A stretch of 64,000 nucleotides of DNA, from assembly GCA_001799675.1 (NCBI GenBank), contig MGTX01000016.1, forward strand, positions 9,876-73,875, in the 5' to 3' direction. The stretch's first letter is position 1. The number at the start of each line of letters is the position of its first letter. Below the pieces are notes generated by a model that was given only the letters and a program-made list of their open reading frames with translations, made no database searches and had not been told where the DNA came from. Origin of the DNA: Elusimicrobia bacterium GWA2_66_18 (GTDB taxonomy: Bacteria; Elusimicrobiota; Elusimicrobia; UBA1565; UBA9628). Of this stretch, positions 20,787-30,205 are shown piece by piece. A program made the translations under genes and the position numbers.

Positions 20787-21968
20787 TCAGCGCGACCCCG
20801 GCGCGCGGGAGCGGCGCTCCTTCCAGGCCTGCCGCAGAGGCTCCAGGGCCCGACGGAAGGCCGCGACGACCTTGGGATCGAACTGCCGGCCTCCCTCATT
20901 GAGGATGTAGCGCGCGCTCTCCTCGAAGCCCCAGGCGCGCTTGTAGGCCCTCTCGACGGTCAGCGCGTCGAGCACGTCGGCCACGGCGACGATGCGCGCC
21001 GCCGGCGGGATCTTCCCGCCCTTGAGGCCCCGGGGATAACCCCGGCCGTCGAAGCGCTCGTGGTGGGCCCAGGCGATCTCGGCGGCCAGGCGAAGGAGAG
21101 GGCTCTTCGCCTCGGAGAGAATCTCCCAGCCGAAGGAGGTGTGCCTTCTCATCTCCGAGGTCTCGGCGGCGGTCAAAGGGCCGGTCTTCAGCAGGACCGC
21201 GTCGCGGATGCCGACTTTGCCGATGTCGTGGAGGGGGCTGGCGCACTCGATGCTCTCGACCTCGCCGTCGGACAGGCCGAAGCCGCGCGCGATGAGCCTC
21301 GAGTAGCGGCCGATGGACCGCAGATGCGCCGCGGTGTCCTTCGCGTCGCGGTACTCGGCCGTGCGGGCCAGGCGCTGGATGGTCTCCACGTGGGAGTCGC
21401 GCAGCTCCTCGTAGAGACGCGCGCTCTCCACGGCCGCGGCGGCCAGGCCGGCGAGAATCCGCAAGAGGCCCTCGTCCTCGGCGTCGAAGTCCAGCCCCTG
21501 GCGCTTGTTGAGCGCCTGGAAGACGCCGAAGGTCCTCCCGGAGCGGTCTTTCAAGGGGACCGCCATGACGTTGCGCGTCTTGAAACCCGTGTGCCGATCG
21601 ACGGCCGGGTTGAAACGGGGATCGCGGTAAACGTCGGCGACGCGCACCGCCGCGCCGGCGGCGACGACGTGCCCGATGAGACCCTGCCCGAGGGGCAGGT
21701 GCAGGTCGCGGGCATCGAGACCCTGAGCCACCGGCGTCCAAAGCTCCCGCCTCGCCTCGTCGACGAGGAAGATGCTGCAGCGCGCGGCGCCCACGATGCG
21801 CCGCACCTCGTCGGCCAGCAGGGTCAGCAGGGGCCGAAGGCGCACCACGCCATGCAGCTTCTGACCGAACCTAACCAGCATCTGGTAGCGCTTCTCGACA
21901 CGATCGACGACAGCGGTTCGAGCCATGGCGCGCCCCCGTTGCGTGGATTCCATAATATAGCGACGCAA
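20787..21968 (-). CDS. GAF-domain HD-GYP phosphodiesterase
   Basis: N-terminal GAF domain, then HD...HHERFDGRGYP (HD-GYP signature); 393 aa. First gene of the minus-strand signalling operon. Confidence 0.85.
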   Translation of the reverse strand: MRRYIMESTQRGRAMARTAVVDRVEKRYQMLVRFGQKLHGVVRLRPLLTLLADEVRRIVGAARCSIFLVDEARRELWTPVAQGLDARDLHLPLGQGLIGHVVAAGAAVRVADVYRDPRFNPAVDRHTGFKTRNVMAVPLKDRSGRTFGVFQALNKRQGLDFDAEDEGLLRILAGLAAAAVESARLYEELRDSHVETIQRLARTAEYRDAKDTAAHLRSIGRYSRLIARGFGLSDGEVESIECASPLHDIGKVGIRDAVLLKTGPLTAAETSEMRRHTSFGWEILSEAKSPLLRLAAEIAWAHHERFDGRGYPRGLKGGKIPPAARIVAVADVLDALTVERAYKRAWGFEESARYILNEGGRQFDPKVVAAFRRALEPLRQAWKERRSRAPGSR

Positions 21969-22025
21969 CGATTATTCCGACAATCCGCTCGCCGCGAAGA
22001 TACCCCGCCTTCCGGAGCCGGGGCG

Positions 22026-22034
22026 TGCTATAAT
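22026..22034 (+). promoter_or_regulatory. Extended -10 promoter (TGcTATAAT) of cspA with an ~85-nt 5' UTR
   Basis: cgTGcTATAATt, the same motif as the two promoters at 13.1 and 13.6 kb. A long AT-richer leader precedes cspA, as is usual for cold-shock genes. Confidence 0.5.
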
Positions 22035-22113
22035 TACTTTAGGGGTCATTATTGACCCTCGCCACGCAAGACGTTCGTGAGCAAGACGTACAGACAAGAG
22101 GAATAAGAAACAA

Positions 22114-22317
22114 ATGGCTACGGGCAAAGTGAAGTGGTTCAACGACCAGAAGGGCTTCGGTTTCATCACGCCGGACGACGGGTCCAAGGACCTGTTCGTT
22201 CACCATTCGTCCATACTGGGCGATGGTTTCAAGACTCTGGCCGAGAACCAGGCCGTGGAGTTCGACGTTCAGCAGTCCGACAAGGGACCGCGCGCGGCTA
22301 ACGTCAGGAAACTCTGA
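22114..22317 (+). CDS. cspA: Cold-shock protein, CspA family
   Basis: [34 protein letters not shown] (RNP1/RNP2 motifs); 67 aa. Confidence 0.9.
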   Translation: MATGKVKWFNDQKGFGFITPDDGSKDLFVHHSSILGDGFKTLAENQAVEFDVQQSDKGPRAANVRKL

Positions 22318-22333
22318 CCTACCGACGTTGAGA

Positions 22334-22792
22334 ATGGTCGCCCGCATCGCTTCGGCGATGCGGGCGATTCATTTCGGAGAATATCGCGTGCCTCCCACAG
22401 ACAGCTGGTCCGCCGCAAACGCCCGTCTCGCGCGCCTGGGAGTGCGCAAGACTGACCTCGAAGAGCGCTTCCACCGCGCCGGCGGCGCCGGGGGCCAGAA
22501 CGTCAACAAGGTGGAAACGGCCGTCGCCCTCCTCCACCGCCCCACCGGGGTCCGGGTGCGCTGCGCCGACGAGCGTTCCCAGGCCCAGAACCGCCTGCGA
22601 GCGCGCCTGCGTCTGGCCGAGAGGCTGGAGGCCCGCGTCCATGAGGAGCGGGCCCGCAGGCGCTCCGAGGCCGAGAAGGCGCGCCGGACCAAGCGCGGCC
22701 GCTCCCAGGCCTCCAAGACCCGCATGCTTGAAAACAAACGGCATCGCTCCGCCGTGAAAAGCAATCGCGGCCGCTTCCAGGCGGAGCAATGA
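22334..22792 (+). CDS. arfB: Alternative ribosome-rescue factor ArfB (YaeJ), a GGQ-motif peptidyl-tRNA hydrolase
   Basis: [21 protein letters not shown] motif plus a basic C-terminal tail ([31 protein letters not shown]). The start may instead be the second in-frame ATG at 22358. Confidence 0.75.
   Translation: MVARIASAMRAIHFGEYRVPPTDSWSAANARLARLGVRKTDLEERFHRAGGAGGQNVNKVETAVALLHRPTGVRVRCADERSQAQNRLRARLRLAERLEARVHEERARRRSEAEKARRTKRGRSQASKTRMLENKRHRSAVKSNRGRFQAEQ
22339..22366 (+). terminator. Strong hairpin (12-bp perfect stem, UUCG tetraloop) after cspA
   Basis: cgcccgcatcgc-ttcg-gcgatgcgggcg followed by aUUcaUUUc. It overlaps the 5' end (codons 2-11) of the arfB ORF. Confidence 0.5.
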
Positions 22793-23745
22793 CCCTGCAC
22801 ATCTGCCAAACCGGCTACGAGACTTTTCTGGCGAAGGAATTATCCGCCCCCCCCGAGCGTTCCGGCCCCGGATGGGTGCTGGGGCCGGAGGGCAAGGGCG
22901 AGCTCTGCTTTGCTCACTTGTCCTTGCGTGCCCCCCAGGAGGTCCCGGGAAAGTCCGTCAACGCCCTGGCCGGAGCGGTGGCGGACTTTTTCACGACCTC
23001 GACCAAGGACGAACGCTTCGAAGGCCCCTGGCCTTTTTGCCTGGAATCGGCGGGACTTCCCGGGCTGGCGCGAAGGGCCAAGACCGTCGAGGAAGAGGTC
23101 TCGGCGAAGATCAAATCGAAGATGGCGAGGGTCGCCAAGCTGGCGGTCCCGGGCCGCCCCGCCCTCGGCTTGCGCCGCGGTTTGTTCGCTTACCTGCCCG
23201 ACTTCGACCATGTCCTCGTGACCCGGGAGGCCCTCGCCGGCGGACAGCGCCGCATGGCGGACGACCCCCAGGCCCCCTCGCGCTCGTATCTCAAGGTCGA
23301 GGAGGCCTACGGCCTCCTGGGCCGCGAGCCCGCCGCGGGCGAGACGGTGGCCGACCTGGGCGCCGCCCCCGGAGGCTGGAGCTACAGCGCGGCCCGCCGC
23401 GGGGCCCTCGTGACGGCGGTGGACAACGGGCCGCTCAAGGGCGCCGGCCTTCACCCCGGCGTCGCCCACCGCGCCGAGGACGCCTTCAAGTTCCGCCCCG
23501 AGAGCCCGATGGATTGGCTCTTCTGCGACATGCTGTCGGACCCGGAGCGCGTCATCGCCTTGGCCGACCGTTGGCTGGCCGAAGGCTGGTGCCGCCGCCT
23601 CATCGTGAACCTCAAGTTCGGCCGCCGCGACCCCCTGCGCCTGCTGGAGCAGGCGGGCGTCCTGCGGCGCCGCTGCGCCTTCCTCAAGGCCCGCCATCTC
23701 TTCCACGACCGCGAGGAGCTGACCCTGGCGGCGGAGAGGATCTAG
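22789..23745 (+). CDS. FtsJ/RlmM-like SAM-dependent rRNA 2'-O-methyltransferase
   Basis: [10 protein letters not shown]...[13 protein letters not shown] (SAM-binding motif I of the FtsJ/RlmM family). ATGA overlap with arfB. Confidence 0.55.
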   Translation: MTLHICQTGYETFLAKELSAPPERSGPGWVLGPEGKGELCFAHLSLRAPQEVPGKSVNALAGAVADFFTTSTKDERFEGPWPFCLESAGLPGLARRAKTVEEEVSAKIKSKMARVAKLAVPGRPALGLRRGLFAYLPDFDHVLVTREALAGGQRRMADDPQAPSRSYLKVEEAYGLLGREPAAGETVADLGAAPGGWSYSAARRGALVTAVDNGPLKGAGLHPGVAHRAEDAFKFRPESPMDWLFCDMLSDPERVIALADRWLAEGWCRRLIVNLKFGRRDPLRLLEQAGVLRRRCAFLKARHLFHDREELTLAAERI

Positions 23746-25020
23746 TCAGGGTTTGCGGGACCGGCGCGGGGAGAAAGTCGGCTGGGGAAGCCCCGACACG
23801 GCGCGAAAGGCGTCCCGCGCGATGAGCAGCTCCTCGTTGGTCGCGATGACGTCGATCTTCACCCGCGAGCCGCTCTTCGATATCCTCCCCAACTGCCCCT
23901 TCTTGAGAGCGGCGTTGCGCGCCTCATCGAGGACGATGCCCAGGGGCTCGAGCCCCCGGCAGACGCGCTGGCGGATGACGGGAGAGTTCTCGCCGATGCC
24001 GCCCGAGAAGACCAGGGCGTCGGCCCCGCCCAGCTCGGCCAAGTAGGCGCCGATGCGGCGCCGCGCGCTCGCGCAGAACACGTCGATGGCCAGGCTCGCG
24101 CGGCGGTCGCCGTTCTCCTTCTCCTCCTCGAGGAGCTCGCGCATGTCGCTCGTCAGCCCCGAGAGGCCGAGCAGGCCCGACTGCTTGTTGAGCAGGGTGA
24201 TCATCTCGGGCAGGCTCAAGCCCTCCTTGTGGGAGAGGTACTCGATGACCGAGACGTCCACGTCCCCGGCCCGCGTGCCCATCACCATGCCCTCCAGCGG
24301 GGTGAATCCCATGCTGGTGTTGACGGATTCGCCGTTCTTGATCGCGCAGGCCGAGCAGCCGTTGCCCAGGTGAAGGGTGATGATGTTCACGTCCTCCTTG
24401 GCGATCTTGTTGAGGACGCGATAACGGTAGGCCAGGTAGCGGTGCGAGGTGCCGTGGAAGCCGTAGCGGCGGATCTTGTAGCGGCGGTAGAGGTGATAGG
24501 GGATGCCGTAAAGATAGGCGGTCTCGGGCATGGTGGCGTGGAAGGAGGTGTCGAAGACCGCCACCTGGGGCACGCCGCGCCCGAAGACCTCCCGAGCCGC
24601 GCGGATGCCCCGGACGTTGGCGGGGTTATGGAGGGGTGCGAGCTCTATGCAGTCCTCGATGCCCGCGAGAACCGCGTCGTCGATGAGCGTCGAGGCGCGG
24701 AACTTCTCGCCCCCGTGGACCACGCGGTGCCCGACGATGTGGATGTCGGCCATCGAGGTCACCCCCTCGATGCCGGACTCCGGGGAGATGACCCAGCGCA
24801 CGATGCGGTCCAGGGCCGAGCGATAGTCGCGCAAGGGCGCGTCTTCCTTGAGCGGCGGGCGGTCGGCCGCCTGGAAGGCGACGAGGGCCAGGCTGCCGAT
24901 GCGCTCGATCTGTCCCTTGGCCAGGCAACGGTCGCCGTCCCGGGCGATGAGCGCCGAGTCCGTCTGCACGACCTGGAACTTGATCGAGGACGAGCCCGAA
25001 TTGAGGACGAGTATGTTCAT
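23746..25020 (-). CDS. ackA: Acetate kinase
   Basis: [16 protein letters not shown]-terminus, [20 protein letters not shown] motifs; 424 aa. Confidence 0.9.
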   Translation of the reverse strand: MNILVLNSGSSSIKFQVVQTDSALIARDGDRCLAKGQIERIGSLALVAFQAADRPPLKEDAPLRDYRSALDRIVRWVISPESGIEGVTSMADIHIVGHRVVHGGEKFRASTLIDDAVLAGIEDCIELAPLHNPANVRGIRAAREVFGRGVPQVAVFDTSFHATMPETAYLYGIPYHLYRRYKIRRYGFHGTSHRYLAYRYRVLNKIAKEDVNIITLHLGNGCSACAIKNGESVNTSMGFTPLEGMVMGTRAGDVDVSVIEYLSHKEGLSLPEMITLLNKQSGLLGLSGLTSDMRELLEEEKENGDRRASLAIDVFCASARRRIGAYLAELGGADALVFSGGIGENSPVIRQRVCRGLEPLGIVLDEARNAALKKGQLGRISKSGSRVKIDVIATNEELLIARDAFRAVSGLPQPTFSPRRSRKP

Positions 25021-25079
25021 GACAGAGAGAGGATAGTAAATCCCCTCGACGGAATCCCGCGCCGGTCAGGCACGCAGGA

Positions 25080-25087
25080 TGTATAAT
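25080..25087 (+). promoter_or_regulatory. Putative -10 promoter box (TGTATAAT) for the downstream membrane-protein gene
   Basis: ggaTGTATAATgac lies inside the first codons of the track ORF at 25079, so the ATG at 25127 is preferred as the gene start. Confidence 0.3.
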
Positions 25088-25126
25088 GACGGAAATGACC
25101 TGTCTGCCGCATCCGCTGAAAACGCC

Positions 25127-26839
25127 ATGGCCTTGAGCAGCGGTCCTCGTTTGGACGTCTTCGTCGAAGCCGCCCGCATCCTCAGCAGCGTGTGCTGGAT
25201 CGTCTGGATCCCCAGCAGCGCCGTGGTCATCGCCCGTGCCAGCCGCCGTATGTTCAGCCGGCTGTCCCACGCGCAGCGGGTGACGCTGGTCCTAGCGCCG
25301 GTCCCGGTCCTGGCGTTGGCTCGTTGGCTGCCTATGCATGTCTCGATCGACCCCGTCTTCTTATGCCATTGGCTAGAGCCGTGGAAAGGCATGTCCGGAA
25401 GGGTGCTCGTTGATTTGTTGGCCTCCTGGACGGCGAGTCCGGAGTTCACCTCGATCTGGATCGCGCGCGGTTTCTACCTCGCCGTCCCCTTCCTGGCTCT
25501 TGCCGTGTTGGGTTTGGAGGAGGAGCCGTCTCCTGTCGGCCGCGGCGGCGTCTTCATCCTGGCCCTGTTGCTGCTCGGAAACCCGATCATGGTTGTGGGC
25601 AGCATGTCGGTCCGGTACTTCTTCTTCGTGCCGGCGGCCATCGCGGTGATCCTGGTGTCAGGTCGTGAGTGGCTTGCCAAAGGCGGCAACGCGCCTTTCT
25701 GCGCCCTGGCCAGCAGCCTGATCCTCCTCGGCTGGAGCCGTCCGGAGATAGCTCCCGTGGCGGTCCTCTTGACGGGGCTGCTGGCCTGGCAGGCCTGGAG
25801 AGCGCCCCGGCTGATGGACCGCCGCGAGATGGGCGGCCTTCTCGCCACCGGACTGGCGCTGCTGGCCGTGTTCCCCGCGGAGTTGGGATACCTCGTCGCC
25901 CAATCCCGTATTGACTCCATCTCTCTCAAGGGCAACATCCTCGGGCAGCGACCGGTCTGGATGCTGCTGCCGCTCCTGGCCGAGAACGCCTTGCGAAATA
26001 TCCCATCGATTCTGGAGGAGCAGACGCTCATGACCGGCGGGCTCCTGCTCCTGGCTGCGGCTCGCATGGCCCAACTCGCGCGCCGACCCGTCGCAGAGAA
26101 CCCGGAGCAGTGGTGGTCCGCCGCGATTCTAGTCAGCTACCTTATGATCGGCGCGCCGCACTGCGAGGGTCTGGGGGCGGGTGGTGGAGTGGCCAAATAC
26201 GGGCTGGTGATCAACTTGCCCGTCTGGCACCTGGCCGCGGCCTTCCTTAAGGGGCAGGTCGGACGCGGACGCCGTCGGCTCGCCATCTTGACCGCCGCGG
26301 GGAGTCTGGTTCTCTCGACGCAGGGTATCGCGAGTTATTTCGGCGAGGACTCGGAGCGGCGCGAGGAAAACGCGTCCCGGGATCAGCTCTATTGGGAAGC
26401 CATCCCCGCTTTCGCGCGTCATTCCTGCCCGAGGGGCGAACCGCCCGCCTGCGTCGTTGTTGGCGCCGTCGGTGACCCGCGCAGCGAGAGGCCGTTCTCT
26501 CCCTTGATAGAAGACAAGACAGTGGTCGGCATGCTGCTCTCCTCCCACGGTTGCCGGGTCCCGAAGATTGCCGGCGCCGGCCCGGACTCCGAGCCGGCGC
26601 CGTCGGACGACCTTGCCGACCTGCTGTGTGGGCGGAGAGCGGCGTGCGGTCCGACCGGCGCAGTCTTTCCGGCGGATCGGGCGGTCATCGTCCATCACGG
26701 GCCCCAAGACGCCGGATTGCTGGACCGATTCCTGGAGAGGCAAGAGAACTGCGGCTGGCGCCGGAGCGAGAGTTGGGCCTATGCCACGACTTTAGAGCGT
26801 AGGGGCGCGGACAGCGCCTCGCGAAGAGGGAAGCCGTGA
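25127..26839 (+). CDS. Polytopic membrane protein, hypothetical (possibly a glycosyl/lipid-carrier-dependent transferase)
   Basis: More than 10 hydrophobic segments with a large C-terminal soluble part. Followed, with a 4-nt overlap, by sugar-nucleotide and GT2 genes. Confidence 0.5.
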   Translation: MALSSGPRLDVFVEAARILSSVCWIVWIPSSAVVIARASRRMFSRLSHAQRVTLVLAPVPVLALARWLPMHVSIDPVFLCHWLEPWKGMSGRVLVDLLASWTASPEFTSIWIARGFYLAVPFLALAVLGLEEEPSPVGRGGVFILALLLLGNPIMVVGSMSVRYFFFVPAAIAVILVSGREWLAKGGNAPFCALASSLILLGWSRPEIAPVAVLLTGLLAWQAWRAPRLMDRREMGGLLATGLALLAVFPAELGYLVAQSRIDSISLKGNILGQRPVWMLLPLLAENALRNIPSILEEQTLMTGGLLLLAAARMAQLARRPVAENPEQWWSAAILVSYLMIGAPHCEGLGAGGGVAKYGLVINLPVWHLAAAFLKGQVGRGRRRLAILTAAGSLVLSTQGIASYFGEDSERREENASRDQLYWEAIPAFARHSCPRGEPPACVVVGAVGDPRSERPFSPLIEDKTVVGMLLSSHGCRVPKIAGAGPDSEPAPSDDLADLLCGRRAACGPTGAVFPADRAVIVHHGPQDAGLLDRFLERQENCGWRRSESWAYATTLERRGADSASRRGKP

Positions 26840-28092
26840 ACATAGGGTTCTTCGGTCTGGGTAAACTGGGCCTGCCGACCGCTCTCGCCATCGAGTCCCG
26901 CGGCCATCGCGTCATCGGATATGACCCCGCGCCGGCAGTGGGCGAGAGCCTGTCCCGTCGCCGCATCCCCTATCAGGAAGAGGGCGTCGACGCGGCTTTG
27001 GCGCGCACACGCATCGAACTCGCTTTGGAGGACGAGGTCGTGAGTCGATGCGAACTGTTGTTCATCGCCATCCAGACTCCCCATGCTCCCGAGCATGAGG
27101 GGGTGACCCGCATGCTGGAATGCCCCTGCGATTTCGACTACTCGTTCCTCCGCGGCGGGATGACGCGGATCGCTGATGCGATCGAAAGGGCCGGGAGGGT
27201 CCGCATCGTGGTCGTAGTCTCGACGGTCCTGCCCGGGACGATCCGGCGGGAGATGCTGCCGTTGCTCGGGGAGCACGCGCGGCTCTGCTACAATCCGTCC
27301 TTCATCGCCATGGGAACGGTGATGCGGAACTTCCTGAGCCCGGAATTCGTGCTCCTCGGGGCCGACGAGAAGGGCGCGGCGTCCGAGGTCGCAGAGTTCT
27401 ATCGAACGATCCACGATGCTCCGATCCACCGGACCAGCATCGAGAGCGCGGAGCTCATCAAGGTCCTCTATAACACCTTTCTCTCCACCAAGATCGCCTT
27501 CGCCAACACGGCGATGGAGCTCTGCCATAAGATACCGGGCGCGACGGTCGACGACGTGACCGCCGGTCTGTCGCTCGGGACCCAGCGCATCCTTTCGCCC
27601 CGCTACCTCAGCGGCGGAATGGGGGACGGCGGCGGCTGCCATCCGCGCGACAACATCGCGCTGCGGCACCTGGCGCAGCGGCTGAGCCTCTCGTTCGACT
27701 GGTTCGACGCGGTCATGCGGCAGCGGGAGCGTCACACCGAGTGGCTGGCGTCGCTGATCGAGCGGCACGCCGCAGGGCGCGGGGTGTGCATCCTCGGGAA
27801 GGCTTTTAAGGCGGGCTCGAACCTGACCGCGGGCAGCCCGGCGATCCTGTTGCGCAATGTGCTTGTCGAACACGGGCATGAGGTCGTCATGTGGGATCCC
27901 CATGTCGACGCCGGGGAGGCGCCTCCGGCGGGGTCATCCCGCTGCTATTTCGTGGGGACGCGCCATGCCGAGTTCCGGTCCTTTCCGTTCATCAAGGGCT
28001 CGGTGGTCCTCGACCCGTGGCGTTACATCCTGCCGCAGGACGGGGTGGAGGTGATCCCCATAGGCATCGGTCCGTCCGTGGGGACGGCCTAG
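26836..28092 (+). CDS. Nucleotide-sugar 6-dehydrogenase family protein (UDP-glucose/GDP-mannose dehydrogenase-like)
   Basis: N-terminal NAD fold IGFFGLGKLGLPTA and catalytic Cys block GGMGDGGGCHPRD; 418 aa. Confidence 0.7.
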   Translation: MNIGFFGLGKLGLPTALAIESRGHRVIGYDPAPAVGESLSRRRIPYQEEGVDAALARTRIELALEDEVVSRCELLFIAIQTPHAPEHEGVTRMLECPCDFDYSFLRGGMTRIADAIERAGRVRIVVVVSTVLPGTIRREMLPLLGEHARLCYNPSFIAMGTVMRNFLSPEFVLLGADEKGAASEVAEFYRTIHDAPIHRTSIESAELIKVLYNTFLSTKIAFANTAMELCHKIPGATVDDVTAGLSLGTQRILSPRYLSGGMGDGGGCHPRDNIALRHLAQRLSLSFDWFDAVMRQRERHTEWLASLIERHAAGRGVCILGKAFKAGSNLTAGSPAILLRNVLVEHGHEVVMWDPHVDAGEAPPAGSSRCYFVGTRHAEFRSFPFIKGSVVLDPWRYILPQDGVEVIPIGIGPSVGTA

Positions 28093-28109
28093 GCCGTCAG
28101 GCCCCGAAA

Positions 28110-28880
28110 ATGCCCGGGCAACCGAACGGAGTCGCAGTCAACCTGCCGGTCCTCAACGAACGCGCAGCTCTTGAGATCGTGGTGCCCGCGATCATCCGGC
28201 AGCTCTGCGGCCGTCGACACACGCTCTGCGCCGTCGACGGTGGCTCGACGGACGGGACGGTCGAATTCCTGCGCGGCCTGGCTCAGGCCGGGGAGTCGAT
28301 CATCGTGATCGAGCGGCCCCGGCCGGGCCGGGGCTGCCAGCGCGGCGATGCTTCGCGGGCCGGGCTGGCCTGGCTCCTTGACCATACCGACCACGAGATC
28401 TTCGTGGATATCGACGGCGACGATTCTCAGCCTCCGGAGGAACTGGCTTCCGGCATCGCCATCCTCGAGTCGCCGGGCTGCGATGTGGTCATCGCGTCGA
28501 AATATGTTCGGGGTGCGGCCGTAACCGGGAGGCCGGTCGGTCGGCGGCTTGTCAGTCTCTTCTACAACGCGCTGGTCCGCGCGCTGGCAGGGACGGGACT
28601 GCGAGACCACAGCAACACCTACCGCTTCTACACGCGCCGGGCAGCCCGGCTGGCCATGCAGATCGACGCGCAGCACACGGGGCCGCTCTTCATGCTGGAG
28701 ATGCTGTTGCATTGGGTCTGCCAAGGGCTGAGCATCGTGGAGGTCCCGACTCGCTATCGGCCCCGGATCGGGGGGGAATCGAAGGTAGCCCTCGGGGACT
28801 TCGCCCTCGGCCTGTGGGGCGCGTTGCGGCTGGCGCGAAGGGCGCGGCTGCGTGGCTCTTCCATGGCGGGACGCTCCTGA
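28110..28880 (+). CDS. Family 2 glycosyltransferase (dolichyl-phosphate-mannose synthase-like)
   Basis: DGGSTDGT and DIDGDDS motifs. Start taken at ATG 28110 inside track ORF 27891..28880. The 3' end overlaps the convergent radical-SAM gene by ~127 nt. Confidence 0.65.
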   Translation: MPGQPNGVAVNLPVLNERAALEIVVPAIIRQLCGRRHTLCAVDGGSTDGTVEFLRGLAQAGESIIVIERPRPGRGCQRGDASRAGLAWLLDHTDHEIFVDIDGDDSQPPEELASGIAILESPGCDVVIASKYVRGAAVTGRPVGRRLVSLFYNALVRALAGTGLRDHSNTYRFYTRRAARLAMQIDAQHTGPLFMLEMLLHWVCQGLSIVEVPTRYRPRIGGESKVALGDFALGLWGALRLARRARLRGSSMAGRS

Positions 28881-30205
28881 CATTCGGCTGCCCGGCCGGC
28901 AGCGCTCGACCTCCTTCCAGAGTCATCGACCGGCGCCCGCAACGCTCCCAGACCAAAAAGGCGGGCATACGGCGCTGGAACGCCTAGGCAGCGACTGTCA
29001 TAGGGGCAGCGCCTGCAGGCTGGGTGTTTGGCGCGCCCGACCAAGCCGGCCTCCTCAGAGAAGTCCTCGGCGTAGCGCACCCGCTCCTGGGGCAGAGCCC
29101 GCTCCATCGCGTGACGCTGCGGATCATCCAGGAGGCAGGGCGGGAAGCCGCTCTCGCCGCCGAACGACGATACGCGCAGCCCCCACCGCAGGCAACGCTC
29201 GACCCCCCGGCGCAAAAACGGCGCCGCCCGGCCCAAATCAATCGCCCAAGTCGGAACCTTCAGGTGGCCGGCCTCGTTCATCATGGAGAAATAAACCTCC
29301 AGACGTCGATTCTTCGGCAAGCCGGCCCCCAAACCACCCAGGAAATCCGCCAGACCGGGAAGATGGCGGTAATTCCAGGCATTGACGACCACGTTCACCG
29401 TGACATCGAAATCGGCGCCGCCCCCTCGCGCCCTGACCAGTCGAACCAATCCCTCGACGGCGCGCCGATACTGGCCGCTGGTAGCCGTGATCCGATCATA
29501 CACCTGGGGCTTGTGCGAATGAAAAGAGACCAGATAATTGGCGACCCCGAGTTCCGTCAATCCCTTGATAAACCCCGACTTTGAAAGGAGGGCCCCGTTG
29601 GTCTGCAGGCCGATGCGCCGGAACCCCCTCTTGCGCGCAGCCTCTAAAATCCGAGGCAATCTTGGGTCCAGAGTCGGCTCGCCGCCCGAGATCGTCAACT
29701 GGCCGCGGAAATTGGGCTGGCGGGCCAGCGCCTCCAGTTTCCCTTCGATATCGGCCCAATCCGCGCCGCGGCCAGTCAGCGGCACGAAACAAAAAGGGCA
29801 GCGCTGGTTGCACGCCGACGTAACCCTCAACAACGATTGCGGACCTTCCTTGCCGAAATGCTTTTCCGCCAAGGCGGCGTCCGCCATCGCGACGGCGGGT
29901 CGCATGCGAAACGTTTCCACAAACAAAAGGAGCTCGCAAGCAAGCTCCGCCAAGCCCGCTTTCTCCGCGCTCCGCAGACGAGCCCCTGAACGCAACCGCG
30001 TCTGAAACCGGACGGACGGGGTGAGTGATCCGGCGCCATCGACAGAAAATTGCGGACTTAGATAAAAAAGAACTCGGGTCTCCGATGTCCTTCTCACTGA
30101 AAACCGCAGCAATCGCCCCGTCCCTTGTTTGTCGAGAACCCAATCATAACGGCGCAGAACGCCGCGCAGACCGGCAGAAACGATTTTTCTAGAACCCGAC
30201 GACAT
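28754..30205 (-). CDS. Radical SAM enzyme with SPASM/twitch-type Cys-rich C-terminal extension (rSAM-1)
   Basis: CNQRCPFC (CX3CX2C), SGGEPTL GGE motif and C-terminal CRRCPYDSRC. Start placed at the internal Met (MSSGSRK), giving a 17-nt overlap with the upstream gene; the track ORF extends to 30337. Confidence 0.7.
   Translation of the reverse strand: MSSGSRKIVSAGLRGVLRRYDWVLDKQGTGRLLRFSVRRTSETRVLFYLSPQFSVDGAGSLTPSVRFQTRLRSGARLRSAEKAGLAELACELLLFVETFRMRPAVAMADAALAEKHFGKEGPQSLLRVTSACNQRCPFCFVPLTGRGADWADIEGKLEALARQPNFRGQLTISGGEPTLDPRLPRILEAARKRGFRRIGLQTNGALLSKSGFIKGLTELGVANYLVSFHSHKPQVYDRITATSGQYRRAVEGLVRLVRARGGGADFDVTVNVVVNAWNYRHLPGLADFLGGLGAGLPKNRRLEVYFSMMNEAGHLKVPTWAIDLGRAAPFLRRGVERCLRWGLRVSSFGGESGFPPCLLDDPQRHAMERALPQERVRYAEDFSEEAGLVGRAKHPACRRCPYDSRCLGVPAPYARLFGLGALRAPVDDSGRRSSAAGRAAECQERPAMEEPRSRALRASRNAPHRPRAKSPRATFDSPPIRGR

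Noticed and set aside
22872-23825. 317-aa plus-strand ORF and other alternate-frame ORFs over the rlmM-like gene
   Set aside because: Arg/Pro/Gly low complexity in an alternate frame of a gene with a clear methyltransferase motif.
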